Assembly (NCBI GenBank): GCA_039803925.1
Contig: JBDRZL010000004.1
Coordinates: 17,168-81,167 of the forward strand
Direction of reading: 5' to 3'
Origin: a candidate division WOR-3 bacterium
Lineage (GTDB): Bacteria > Hydrothermota > Hydrothermia > Hydrothermales > JAJRUZ01
Length of the DNA stretch: 64,000 bases
Shown: one piece after another, positions 46,618 to 56,145 of the stretch
Layout: each line of letters opens with the position of its first letter
How positions within the stretch are numbered: the stretch's first letter is position 1
The notes under the pieces: generated by a model
Told to the model about the DNA's origin: nothing
The model's database searches: none
What the model saw: the letters and a program-made list of their open reading frames with translations, nothing else
Program-made: the position numbers and the translations under genes

Positions 46618-47337
46618 TTGAAGGAAATAGCACTTGGTTTTTTACAGGGAATAACAGAGTTTTTACCCATCTCTTCCTCAGGTCATCTTCTATTTTTACA
46701 GGAGGTGTTTAAATTCAATTTGAAGGGAATAGGTATTGAAACCCTTTTTCATCTTGCAACATTTTTTTCTGTAATTGTATATTTTAGAAAAAGGCTTATA
46801 AATTATTATTTAAAAAATTGGTTTAAAATCTTATTAGGGATTTTACCTGCTTCTTTATTTGCCCTTCTATTTAGAAATAAAATTAAAGAATTTTTTGAAG
46901 ACCCTAAGTATCTATTTCTATTTTTTCTTTTAAATGGTTTTTACCTTTTATCTTCAAGAATAAGGGAAGGTGGAGAAGGTTTAGATAATAAAAAAGCCTT
47001 TTTAATTGGTGTTATGCAGATTTTTGCTCTTTTACCCGGAATTTCAAGGTCTGGAACCACAATTACCACAGCACTCCTTTTAAATATTAATCCAAAGGAA
47101 AGTTTTGAATTTTCCTTTTATATGTATTTACCCCTTGTTTTAGGTGCCTTTATTCTTGAAATAGGAGATTTAAAATATCTTGAAGTTTTACCTTCTTTAG
47201 CAGGATTCATTTTTGCTTTCTTATCAGGTCTTTTTGCACTTTTTTTAATTGAAGGCTCAATAAAAAAGAAACTTTTTCCCTTTTTTGGAATTTACACTAT
47301 AATTCTTTCAATTTTTTCATTTTTTCTTTTAAGATAA
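46618..47337 (+). CDS. uppP: Undecaprenyl-diphosphate phosphatase
   Basis: GITEFLPISSSGHL and the PGISRSGTTI motif. About 7 TM segments. TTG start. Confidence 0.9.
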   Translation: MKEIALGFLQGITEFLPISSSGHLLFLQEVFKFNLKGIGIETLFHLATFFSVIVYFRKRLINYYLKNWFKILLGILPASLFALLFRNKIKEFFEDPKYLFLFFLLNGFYLLSSRIREGGEGLDNKKAFLIGVMQIFALLPGISRSGTTITTALLLNINPKESFEFSFYMYLPLVLGAFILEIGDLKYLEVLPSLAGFIFAFLSGLFALFLIEGSIKKKLFPFFGIYTIILSIFSFFLLR

Positions 47338-47340
47338 AAA

Positions 47341-48618
47341 ATGAATTTTAATGAGGCAAATCTTTTTCTTGAATCTTTAATAAATTATGAGAAAAAAACT
47401 CCTAAAAATGATTTTGATTTTTTAAGGTTTATTGAAAATTTAAAGGAATTTGATAATCCTCAGAATTACCTTAAAAATACATGTATTATAGCAGGAACGA
47501 AAGGGAAAGGGAGCACAGCCCATCACATTGTAAGTGGTCTTTTAGAAAATAATTTTTCAAATACAGGGTTATACACTTCTCCCCATGTTATGAATGTAAG
47601 AGAAAGGATAAGGATAGGTGAAAATGATATAAGTGAAGAGGATTTTATCTATTATGTTTTAAAAATAAAAGAAAAAATTGAAAGTGGAATTAATCTAACA
47701 TATTTTGAAGCTCTTACAGTTATGGCTTTCTTATTTTTTAAGGAAAAAAATACTCTTTTTAATGTTTTAGAAATTGGTCTTGGTGGAAGACTTGATGCAG
47801 TGAATGCCACTCCATCCGATTTTTCAATAATAACACCTATAAGTTATGACCATGAGCATGTTCTAGGAAACACTTTAAGTAAAATTGCCTATGAGAAGAG
47901 TTTTGTTATTAAGGGAAAATACTCAATAATATCACCTCAACCTAAGGAAGTGCTTTATGTTCTTTTAGAAAGGGCTAAAAAGGTTAAAAGTGAAGTTTTT
48001 CTTCTCGGTATAAAAATTCCCTTTAAAATACTTGAACTTTCTGAAAGGGGGACATATTTTAAGATTTATTTTGATACGAGGTGGCATCATATTTTTACTT
48101 CTATGATAGGTGATTTTCAGGCAATCAATGCTTCCCTTGCTTTTATTTACTTATATTTAAATAATATAAGGTGTTATGATTTTAAAAAATTTAAACTTTT
48201 TGGAAGATTTGAAAGGATTCATGATAATCCTTTTTTTATAGTAGATGGTGCTCATAATCCAATTTCTTTAAGAGCTGTTACAAGGAATGTGAGAAAAATA
48301 ATAAAAAGGAAACCCAGATTTTTAATTTTCGGGACTAATAGAGACAAAAATATAAAGAAAATGCTTAAAATTTTACAGGAACTTGAACCTAAGTGCCTTA
48401 TTTTAACTCAATCACATATACCGAGGAGAGAAAATCCAGATAGTTTATATGAAATTGCTAAAACATTAAATTTCAAAAAAATTTTAAAGTTTGAAGATGC
48501 TTTTGAAGCCTTTAAATTTTCCTTTGAAAATTCTGATTCAAATTCCTTTATACTTCTAACAGGTTCCTTTTATCTTGTTGAACTTGCAAAAAGATTTATA
48601 ATTGAGAATAAGTTATAA
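47341..48618 (+). CDS. folC: Folylpolyglutamate synthase / dihydrofolate synthase
   Basis: Mur-ligase P-loop IAGTKGKGST, YTSPHV, EIGLGGRLDAVN, VDGAHNP. Confidence 0.85.
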   Translation: MNFNEANLFLESLINYEKKTPKNDFDFLRFIENLKEFDNPQNYLKNTCIIAGTKGKGSTAHHIVSGLLENNFSNTGLYTSPHVMNVRERIRIGENDISEEDFIYYVLKIKEKIESGINLTYFEALTVMAFLFFKEKNTLFNVLEIGLGGRLDAVNATPSDFSIITPISYDHEHVLGNTLSKIAYEKSFVIKGKYSIISPQPKEVLYVLLERAKKVKSEVFLLGIKIPFKILELSERGTYFKIYFDTRWHHIFTSMIGDFQAINASLAFIYLYLNNIRCYDFKKFKLFGRFERIHDNPFFIVDGAHNPISLRAVTRNVRKIIKRKPRFLIFGTNRDKNIKKMLKILQELEPKCLILTQSHIPRRENPDSLYEIAKTLNFKKILKFEDAFEAFKFSFENSDSNSFILLTGSFYLVELAKRFIIENKL

Positions 48619-48624
48619 TATAGG

Positions 48625-51198
48625 ATGCTTTCAAAGAAACTCGGTAAGTATGAGATTCTGAAATGGCTCGGTGGAGGAACTTTTGGTGATGTTTACCTTG
48701 TAAAAGACACTCTAATTGATAAACTTTTTGCAATTAAAATACCGAGAATAAAAGAAGAGGAATGGGAGATTTTAAAAAGAGAAGCAAAGATTCTTTCAGA
48801 ACTTCTTCATGAAAATATAGTTAGATTTTATTCCGTTGATATTATTGATAACAATCTAATAATGACAATGGAGTATGTTGAAGGTTCATCTTTAAGAAAT
48901 CTTATAAAATCAGCACCATTAAAGGAGGATCTTGTTGTTGATATTTTTAAAAAAGTTTTACTTGCCCTGGATTATGCACATAAAAAGGGAGTGCTTCATA
49001 GAGATTTAAAACCTGAAAATATACTTTTAACAAGGGAATTTGAACCAAAGATATCTGATTTTGGACTTGCCATGATTTTTCAGGAAAAAGTTTCCGGGCA
49101 AGTTGTGGGAACACCTTTATATCTTGCTCCAGAAGGATGGAGAGGCAATTATAATGAAAAAACTGATATATTTGCTGTAGGTTCAATTATGTATGAATGT
49201 TTTATGGGTTTTCCTCCCTTCCAGGGTAGAACCCTTGATGAAATAAGGGAAAAGATAAGAAAAGGAAGTTATCCCAAAATAAAGGAAAATGTTAGTGAAA
49301 ATTTAAAGAAAATTATTGAAAAGTCTATTAATCCTGAACCTGAAAAAAGGTTTAAAAATGCAATTGAGATGTTAAGGGCTATTGAAGGTGATTTCAAAGT
49401 TTCAGTGAGTCCCTTAGTAGAAGTTAAAATAAGTGAAAAGAAAAAAATTATCTTAGAAGATCTTACTGAGGAGCAAAAAGATGCTGTTACATCTGAAGAA
49501 AGGTTTATTCTTGTAAAAGGTGGAGCAGGAACAGGGAAAACTTTAAGTTTATTAAGAAGGGCAGCCTATTTAATTGAGATTAAAAAAATTGAACCTGAGG
49601 AAATTATTATAACAACATTTACAGGAAAGGGAATTGAGGAGATAAGGTCAAGACTTATGCTTTTACTTTCAAAGAAAAAGTATTTATCTTTAAACATCGG
49701 AACAATGCACAATCTTGCTTTACAGGTTCTTTATGTAGGTGGTTCAAGAATTGGTTTTGATATGGAAAAAACAAAAATTTTAACAAGGAGTGAGAGTTTT
49801 CAAATAGTTAAGAATATATTTCCTGATATATCACAGATAGAGCTGGAGGAAATAATGAAGACAATTTCAATTTCAAAAGCAAATCTTTTAAGTTACCAGG
49901 ACCTTTTAAGATCAGATTATGCCTGGCAGAGAAGATGTGGTATTGTTTATAAAAAATACTCAGAAACCTTAAAGGAGAATAATCTTTTAGATTACGATGA
50001 CCTTATCTATTATGCTAATTTACTTCTTGAAAATTACGATGATTTAAAAGAAAGATTTATCCATTCAATAAAACATTTACTTGTAGATGAATTTCAGGAC
50101 CTAACCTTTGGGGAAGTTTCTCTTTTAAAAAAATTAAGAGAAAAAGGGGGCTCACTTTTTGCAACTGGTGATGAAGATCAAGCTATTTACAGTTTTAGGG
50201 GTGCATCTAATGAATTTATAATTAATTTTGATAAGTATTTTGAAAATTCAAAAATATATTATCTTACAAAATCTTTTAGGATTCCTGAACAGATTTACGA
50301 AGCTGGTTTAAAAATTTTATCAAAAATAAAAAACAGAAAGGAAATTTTTTTTGTTCCTGCGGAAAAAAAAGGACAGAGAATCTTTATATATCATGCTGAA
50401 GATGAAAAGGATGAGGCAAAATTTGTTGCAGGTCAAATTAAACTTTTGTTTTCTGAAGGAATAAAGGAAGAAAAAATAGCAGTTCTTTCAAGGTATTCCT
50501 TTTATCTTAAAAATTTTCAGGAAATTTTTAAAAAGGAAAATATCCCTTACAATATTCAGGGTAAATCAAGATTTTATGTAAGGGGGATTGTAAGGGCAAT
50601 TATCAATTATCTTGAATCATTGGTAACAGGAAAAAAAACACCTTTTAATATGGCAATAAAGTTTTTTTTAGGTGATAAAAAAATTGATGAGGGAGTTTTG
50701 AAACTATGGAAGGAACATATTAGGGAAAAATTAAATAAGAGACCTCTTGAAATTGTGAATGAATTTCTTGAAAAAATAAAGTTTTATGAATTTTTAAAAA
50801 ATTTACCTCAAGATCAAGAAAAAGAGGAAAGGGAGATAATTGAAGAACTTTTCTTTTTATTAAAAGAGTATAGGGAAGGTGAGGTAAAAAAATTTTTAGA
50901 TTCTTTTTCAGTTTTAGAAAATCTTGAAACTGATACAAAGGAAGGAGGGGTTTTTCTTTCAACAATTCATGGTGCAAAGGGACTTGAATTTGATGTAGTT
51001 TTTATAACAGGAATGGCAGAAACAATTTTCCCAAAAACTCAAAGTTTAAGTAATAGAAAAGAATTAGATGAGGAAAGGAGACTTTTTTATGTAGCCTTAA
51101 CAAGGAGCTGTGAAAAAGTTTTTATAACAAGACCGAAAACAAAATTTGGAAGAAAACTTTTACCCTCAAGATTTATTGAGGAGATGATAATTACATGA
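48625..51198 (+). CDS. Fusion protein: N-terminal Hanks-type Ser/Thr protein kinase + C-terminal UvrD/PcrA/Rep-like SF1 DNA helicase
   Basis: Kinase (aa ~8-255): GGGTFGDVY, FAIKIP, EAKILS, HRDLKPENILL, DFGLA, GTPLYLAPE. Helicase (aa ~280-857): LTEEQKDAV, GGAGTGKT, LLVDEFQDLT, TGDEDQAIYSFRGA, KSFRIP, TIHGAKGLEFDVVFITG, ERRLFYVALTRS. It is one uninterrupted ORF. Confidence 0.85.
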   Translation: MLSKKLGKYEILKWLGGGTFGDVYLVKDTLIDKLFAIKIPRIKEEEWEILKREAKILSELLHENIVRFYSVDIIDNNLIMTMEYVEGSSLRNLIKSAPLKEDLVVDIFKKVLLALDYAHKKGVLHRDLKPENILLTREFEPKISDFGLAMIFQEKVSGQVVGTPLYLAPEGWRGNYNEKTDIFAVGSIMYECFMGFPPFQGRTLDEIREKIRKGSYPKIKENVSENLKKIIEKSINPEPEKRFKNAIEMLRAIEGDFKVSVSPLVEVKISEKKKIILEDLTEEQKDAVTSEERFILVKGGAGTGKTLSLLRRAAYLIEIKKIEPEEIIITTFTGKGIEEIRSRLMLLLSKKKYLSLNIGTMHNLALQVLYVGGSRIGFDMEKTKILTRSESFQIVKNIFPDISQIELEEIMKTISISKANLLSYQDLLRSDYAWQRRCGIVYKKYSETLKENNLLDYDDLIYYANLLLENYDDLKERFIHSIKHLLVDEFQDLTFGEVSLLKKLREKGGSLFATGDEDQAIYSFRGASNEFIINFDKYFENSKIYYLTKSFRIPEQIYEAGLKILSKIKNRKEIFFVPAEKKGQRIFIYHAEDEKDEAKFVAGQIKLLFSEGIKEEKIAVLSRYSFYLKNFQEIFKKENIPYNIQGKSRFYVRGIVRAIINYLESLVTGKKTPFNMAIKFFLGDKKIDEGVLKLWKEHIREKLNKRPLEIVNEFLEKIKFYEFLKNLPQDQEKEEREIIEELFFLLKEYREGEVKKFLDSFSVLENLETDTKEGGVFLSTIHGAKGLEFDVVFITGMAETIFPKTQSLSNRKELDEERRLFYVALTRSCEKVFITRPKTKFGRKLLPSRFIEEMIIT

Positions 51199-52049
51199 AA
51201 AGTATTTCAGTTATAATTGTAAATTATTATTCAAAAAATTTAATAGAAGAGCTTTTGAAAACTTTGCCAGAAGTGATAAAAAGAGAAGGTGAAATAATAA
51301 TTGTTAACAATTCACCAGAGGAAGTCCTTTCTTTTAATGGTTATGATAATTTAAAAGTTATAAATAATGAAAAAAATTTTGGTTTTGGGAAGGCTGTTAA
51401 TATTGGAGTAAGAGAAAGTGAAGGTGAGTATTTACTTATAGTAAATCCTGATGTGAAGTTCATAAAAGGTTTTGAGAAAGCCTTTGATTTTATAAAGAAA
51501 AAAAAGAGGATTTCTATGTTAATTCCACTTTTTGTTGATGAAGAAGGTAAAAAAATAGTGCCATTTAGAGATGTGGAATATGGTTTTCGTTGTTTTATTT
51601 ATATGATGGGGTACGATGAGTTTATAAAAAAGAAGGAAAAAAAGAGAATTAAAGAGAAATTTTTAAAGGTTTCTCCTGGAGCATGTTTTATTATACCTTC
51701 CAAAATTTTTAGAAAGATAGGGGGTTTTGATGAATCCTTTTTTTTATTTAAGGAGGATGAGGATTTAGAAAGAAGGTTGAGGAGGGAAAATTTTTATATT
51801 TATTTTTATCCAGATTGGGTAGTTTATCATAAATTTGGTGCCACTCATAAGGAGAGTGATTTTGCTTTTTATCACAGGGTTAATTCTCTTTACATTTTTT
51901 ATAAAAAACATCAAAGATATTTCTATCCTGTTATAAGGATTCTTTTGCCTTTATTTTATCTTCTAAAATCTTTTAAAAATAAAAAAAATTTTAAATATTT
52001 TTTGATTTCTTTAACTTCCAATTTTAAAAAGTTAAAGGAGATAAAATGA
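51195..52049 (+). CDS. Family 2 glycosyltransferase
   Basis: SVIIVNYYS...IIVNNS...NFGFGKAVNIG...LLIVNPDV...EDEDL are typical GT2 (rhamnosyltransferase-like) motifs. It overlaps the upstream gene by 4 nt. Confidence 0.8.
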   Translation: MKSISVIIVNYYSKNLIEELLKTLPEVIKREGEIIIVNNSPEEVLSFNGYDNLKVINNEKNFGFGKAVNIGVRESEGEYLLIVNPDVKFIKGFEKAFDFIKKKKRISMLIPLFVDEEGKKIVPFRDVEYGFRCFIYMMGYDEFIKKKEKKRIKEKFLKVSPGACFIIPSKIFRKIGGFDESFFLFKEDEDLERRLRRENFYIYFYPDWVVYHKFGATHKESDFAFYHRVNSLYIFYKKHQRYFYPVIRILLPLFYLLKSFKNKKNFKYFLISLTSNFKKLKEIK

Positions 52050-52082
52050 ACCTTTAAAACTTTCAAGCTGCAAAAATTTTTT

Positions 52083-54473
52083 TTATTCTATATAAATCTT
52101 TGAAAAATTTTCAAAAGAAAGGACTTTCTGAGCAATTTTTTTTATATCCTTTAAATTTACCTTTAAAATATTTTCTAACATAAATTTATCAAAATCGTGA
52201 GAAAGCCCTGAATAAATATAAAAACCCCTGTAAAAACTTCTTGTTTCAGGATTGGAAAGCCTCCTTAACATATTACCAACAAAAGAATTTATCGCAATTT
52301 CAAGTTCTTCTTTATCAATCTTTCTTTTTAAGTCCTCAAAGATATTTTCCATTGTTTTCTCAACAATTTTTATTTTTTCTTTATCAGTACCTATTTCATA
52401 ATAAAATAAAATTTTTGAAGGAAAAATTTTAACTCCTGAAGAAAGTCTATAAGATGCTCCCATTTTTTCCCTTATTATTTCCTGCATTCTATCAGTAAGA
52501 ATTAAAGAAAGGGCTATATAAGGAATTATTTCCTTTTTTTCCTTAAAACTGAAAACTCTTCCCCCTATTATATAACTTTGCTTTAAATTCAATTTAACTG
52601 AATCAATAAAATTTTCATCATTTAAATTAATTTCTTCTCCTTGTGTATTTGTTCCTAAACTTTTAATTTCTTTATAAAATAAGCTATCAATTTTATCCGA
52701 TTCATAAGTTATTATCATATTTTCTTTTTCAAAAATTTTTTTTGAATATTCATAAAGATCAAAAATTTTTATATTTTCAATTTCAGGAATTTCTCCATAT
52801 AAAGACCTTTTCAATTCATTTTTAAACAATCTATTTTCAAATTCTTCCCATGCTCTAACATAAGGGTCATTCTGTGAAATATTTTTGGCAAAAATTGCAT
52901 CCCTTTTTGCTTTTTTTAAATCAAGGGTATCAAATTCTGTATTAAGTAAGAGTGATAAAAATTTTTTAACTTTTTCTCTATTATCAGAAGGAAAAGTTAT
53001 TCTTATATAAGCAAAATCTCTCCTGTGATAATAATCATCAAAGGGTAAAAAGGGATTATCGTATGTTTTAACCTGAAAGCCTTCCTCTTCAATAATTTTT
53101 TCTATTTTTTTACTTATAAGTGCTCTGAAAAAGACCTGTGATAATCCATTTTTTGAATAAGGTTCATATAAAATTCTATTTTTCAAAAGTATATGAATTG
53201 CCTCAGGAAAGGCTTTTCTTTCCTCCTCTTCTTTTTTAAGTGTAACAAAAATTGTTCTTGAATTTTTTAGATAAATTTTATAAAAAGCTGAAAAATCTTC
53301 AAAATTTGTGTTTTTGATACTTTTGATTATTTTATCTTTTAAATAAGGATCATCATATATGAGATAATCAGTAAGATAAAATACTGAGTAAACTGGATCA
53401 AGTGCATCATAAATTTTTTCCTTTAAGATTTTATTTTTAACTCTATCAAAATCCTCATTTTTTAAATTTTCTAAAAAACTTTTAAGGAATTCATCAAGTT
53501 CTTTTTCTATAATAGTAATAGAATCTTTTTCTAAACTTTTTAAGGTTAAATTAATTCCAAAAACTCCAAATTTCCTTCTTGATTCATAACTTGATAATAT
53601 ATTCAAAATTTTTTTATTTTTTTCTTTCAGTTTACTTAAGGCAAAATCTGAGTTTAGTATTTCATTTAAAAGAATAAAGTAAAAAGAGGATGGGTGATTA
53701 AGAGGTGGAGCTTCAAAATATTTAAAAATATAAGAGTTTTTTATATCCTTAATTTCCAAAAATATTTTTTCACCCAAAAACTTTTCTAAATTCAGGAATT
53801 TCTCCTCAATTATAATTTTCTTTGTTGATTCATTTCCAAAAGTTTTTTTCAAAAGATCAATTAATTCCTTTTCATCAATATCTCCCATCACAAAAATTGT
53901 CATATTATTAGGGGCATAAAATCTCTTATAAAATTCAATGACCTTTTCCTTTTTTAAATTTTTAATTGTATTTTCATAACCTATAACAGGATGGGAATAA
54001 TTTGTCCCTTTATAAATTATTGAATCCACTTTTTCTTTAATAATGTTATATTCTCTTGATCTATCCTGATACATCTCCTGAAGCACAACACCCTTTTCCT
54101 TTTCAAATTCCTTATCAGGAAAATTAGATTTAAAGAGCATTAAATATAAAAGGTATATACCTTCTTTAAAATTTTTATCAGGACCTGAGAAAAAGTAAGC
54201 AGTGTAATCTTCTCTTGTAAAGCCGTTAACATAAAGTCCAAACTTATCAAAATTTTTTCTTAATTCTTCCCTTGAAAATTTTTCATTACCATCAAATAAC
54301 ATATGTTCAAGGAAATGGGTTAATCCTTCACAGCCCTTTTCCTCATTAAAGCTTCCAGAATTTACAAGAACAAGAAATGTAAATATATCACTTTTTTCCC
54401 TTTTATCATAGATAAGTTTAAGTCCATTTGAAAACTCTAAAGTTATGTAAGAGATAAATAAAAATTTTAGCAT
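52083..54473 (-). CDS. Double-length M16 zinc peptidase (PqqL-like, active N-half + inactive C-half)
   Basis: HFLEHMLFDG (HxxEH) in the first half. The second half is M16-like without the motif. 796 aa. Confidence 0.8.
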   Translation of the reverse strand: MLKFLFISYITLEFSNGLKLIYDKREKSDIFTFLVLVNSGSFNEEKGCEGLTHFLEHMLFDGNEKFSREELRKNFDKFGLYVNGFTREDYTAYFFSGPDKNFKEGIYLLYLMLFKSNFPDKEFEKEKGVVLQEMYQDRSREYNIIKEKVDSIIYKGTNYSHPVIGYENTIKNLKKEKVIEFYKRFYAPNNMTIFVMGDIDEKELIDLLKKTFGNESTKKIIIEEKFLNLEKFLGEKIFLEIKDIKNSYIFKYFEAPPLNHPSSFYFILLNEILNSDFALSKLKEKNKKILNILSSYESRRKFGVFGINLTLKSLEKDSITIIEKELDEFLKSFLENLKNEDFDRVKNKILKEKIYDALDPVYSVFYLTDYLIYDDPYLKDKIIKSIKNTNFEDFSAFYKIYLKNSRTIFVTLKKEEEERKAFPEAIHILLKNRILYEPYSKNGLSQVFFRALISKKIEKIIEEEGFQVKTYDNPFLPFDDYYHRRDFAYIRITFPSDNREKVKKFLSLLLNTEFDTLDLKKAKRDAIFAKNISQNDPYVRAWEEFENRLFKNELKRSLYGEIPEIENIKIFDLYEYSKKIFEKENMIITYESDKIDSLFYKEIKSLGTNTQGEEINLNDENFIDSVKLNLKQSYIIGGRVFSFKEKKEIIPYIALSLILTDRMQEIIREKMGASYRLSSGVKIFPSKILFYYEIGTDKEKIKIVEKTMENIFEDLKRKIDKEELEIAINSFVGNMLRRLSNPETRSFYRGFYIYSGLSHDFDKFMLENILKVNLKDIKKIAQKVLSFENFSKIYIE

Positions 54474-54475
54474 TT

Positions 54476-55114
54476 TTACCTCCTTTTTAAATTTTTTTGT
54501 GCTATTTCATTTGCTTCTTTTAAAAGATTTGTGAAAAGCTCTGAATCTATCATTTTTTTATTATAAACAAAAATGGGTGATGAAATATACACAGTGCATT
54601 TTGAAAAGGGTAAAGGAATCATGAATCTATCCCAGGAAGAAAGTTCTATTTTTCTATTAAAGGCGACTCCGACAAGATAAATCGGGGCTTTTGAGAGATA
54701 GGATATAAATAGTGCCCCTTCTTTAAAAGTCTCTCTTGGTCCTTTTGGTCCATCAGGAGTGATTGCTGCAAGTTTTTCCTTTTTTAAAGCTTTTATCATT
54801 TGCCTGAACCCCTTTTCTCCCAGTTTTGAACTTGAACCTCTTACAGGGATAAATCTGAATTTTTTTAAGGGTTTTATTAAAAGTTCTCCATCCCTTGAAG
54901 TTGATATTAAGATTCTTATTTTTTTATTTCTGTAAAAGTAAATTAGAGGGAAAAAAGTTCTATGCCAAAAACAGAAAAGTGCTTTTTTCTCTGGTAAATT
55001 TCCTATCTGTTTGAATTTTATAGTTTTTATATAAAAGTAATAAACTATTTCAAAAATTCCCTGAATTGTTCTTATAAAAAGATTATTTTGTAACAAGAGT
55101 TCCGAGATTTTCAC
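54476..55114 (-). CDS. DUF374-type lysophospholipid acyltransferase-like protein
   Basis: CFWHRTFFPL...SRDGELL...ITPDGPKGP pattern of the DUF374/LPLAT family. The start is uncertain: it overlaps the pyrH 3' end by 32 nt as drawn. Confidence 0.7.
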   Translation of the reverse strand: MKISELLLQNNLFIRTIQGIFEIVYYFYIKTIKFKQIGNLPEKKALFCFWHRTFFPLIYFYRNKKIRILISTSRDGELLIKPLKKFRFIPVRGSSSKLGEKGFRQMIKALKKEKLAAITPDGPKGPRETFKEGALFISYLSKAPIYLVGVAFNRKIELSSWDRFMIPLPFSKCTVYISSPIFVYNKKMIDSELFTNLLKEANEIAQKNLKRR

Positions 55115-55787
55115 CTAATAAAACTTTTTTAAGCATTCCACTTTTTGTGATATTGAATACTATTATTTCAATATTATTTTCCTTGCAGAGAGCTACAGCT
55201 GAAGCATCGAGTATTCTTAAGTCATTTTTTATTATTGTGTCATAGTCAATTCTATCATACTTTTTAACATTTTTGTCTTTCATAGGGTCACCTGAATAAA
55301 TTCCGTCAACTTTTGTTCCTTTAAGAAAATACTTTGCTCCTATTTCAATTGCCCTTAAAGCAGCTGCTGTATCCGTTGAAAAAAAGGGATTTCCAGTTCC
55401 AGAAGCAAATATTACTATTCTTCCCTTTTCCAGGTGTCTTATTGCTCTTCTTCTTATATAGGGTTCTGCGATCTGTTTTATTTCAATTGCTGACATAACT
55501 CTTGTTGTTTTACCCATTTTTTCAAGAATGCTTTGAAGGTAAAGGGAATTTATAAGAGTTGCAACCATTCCCATATAATCAGCAGTTGCTCTATCAATAC
55601 CCAGTTTTTTACTCTGAATTCCCCTTATTATGTTTCCTCCTCCAACAACGACTGCAATTTCAAAACCAAGGTCATGAATTTCTTTAATTTCTTCTGCAAC
55701 TTTAAGAAAAGAATCGGAATCAAGACCAAAATTTCCTCCTCCTAAGACTTCCCCGCTTATTTTTAATAAAATCCTTTTATTTTCCAT
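55083..55787 (-). CDS. pyrH: UMP kinase
   Basis: RILLKISGEVLGG, VVGGGNIIRG, ASGTGNPFFSTDTAAALRA. Confidence 0.93.
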   Translation of the reverse strand: MENKRILLKISGEVLGGGNFGLDSDSFLKVAEEIKEIHDLGFEIAVVVGGGNIIRGIQSKKLGIDRATADYMGMVATLINSLYLQSILEKMGKTTRVMSAIEIKQIAEPYIRRRAIRHLEKGRIVIFASGTGNPFFSTDTAAALRAIEIGAKYFLKGTKVDGIYSGDPMKDKNVKKYDRIDYDTIIKNDLRILDASAVALCKENNIEIIVFNITKSGMLKKVLLGENLGTLVTK

Positions 55788-56145
55788 CCTTTAATTTATA
55801 AATTAAAAAAACAGATAATTTCAATTTTAACGGAGTTTTTAGGATAAAAATTTTTCAGATACAGAAGATTATTAAGTTGTAAAAAGAGGTGTTTTGAGAT
55901 TATTATTAAATTTGGAGGATTGTAAAAAGTATTTGAAACAAGTCTTAATAAGAAGGCATATAGATTAATAAAATGAGCCTAATATTTTATTTCTTTATCA
56001 ATCTAACAGTTTTTTTATTTTTTCCATCTTTTAGTTTTTTAATAGTTTCATCCCCCATAGTAAAGGAATATAAAGGCAGAAAGGAAGTTTTAGAAAAATT
56101 GGATAAGAAAAATTGAATTTTTCTCTTAATAAAGGGTTTTAAAAA

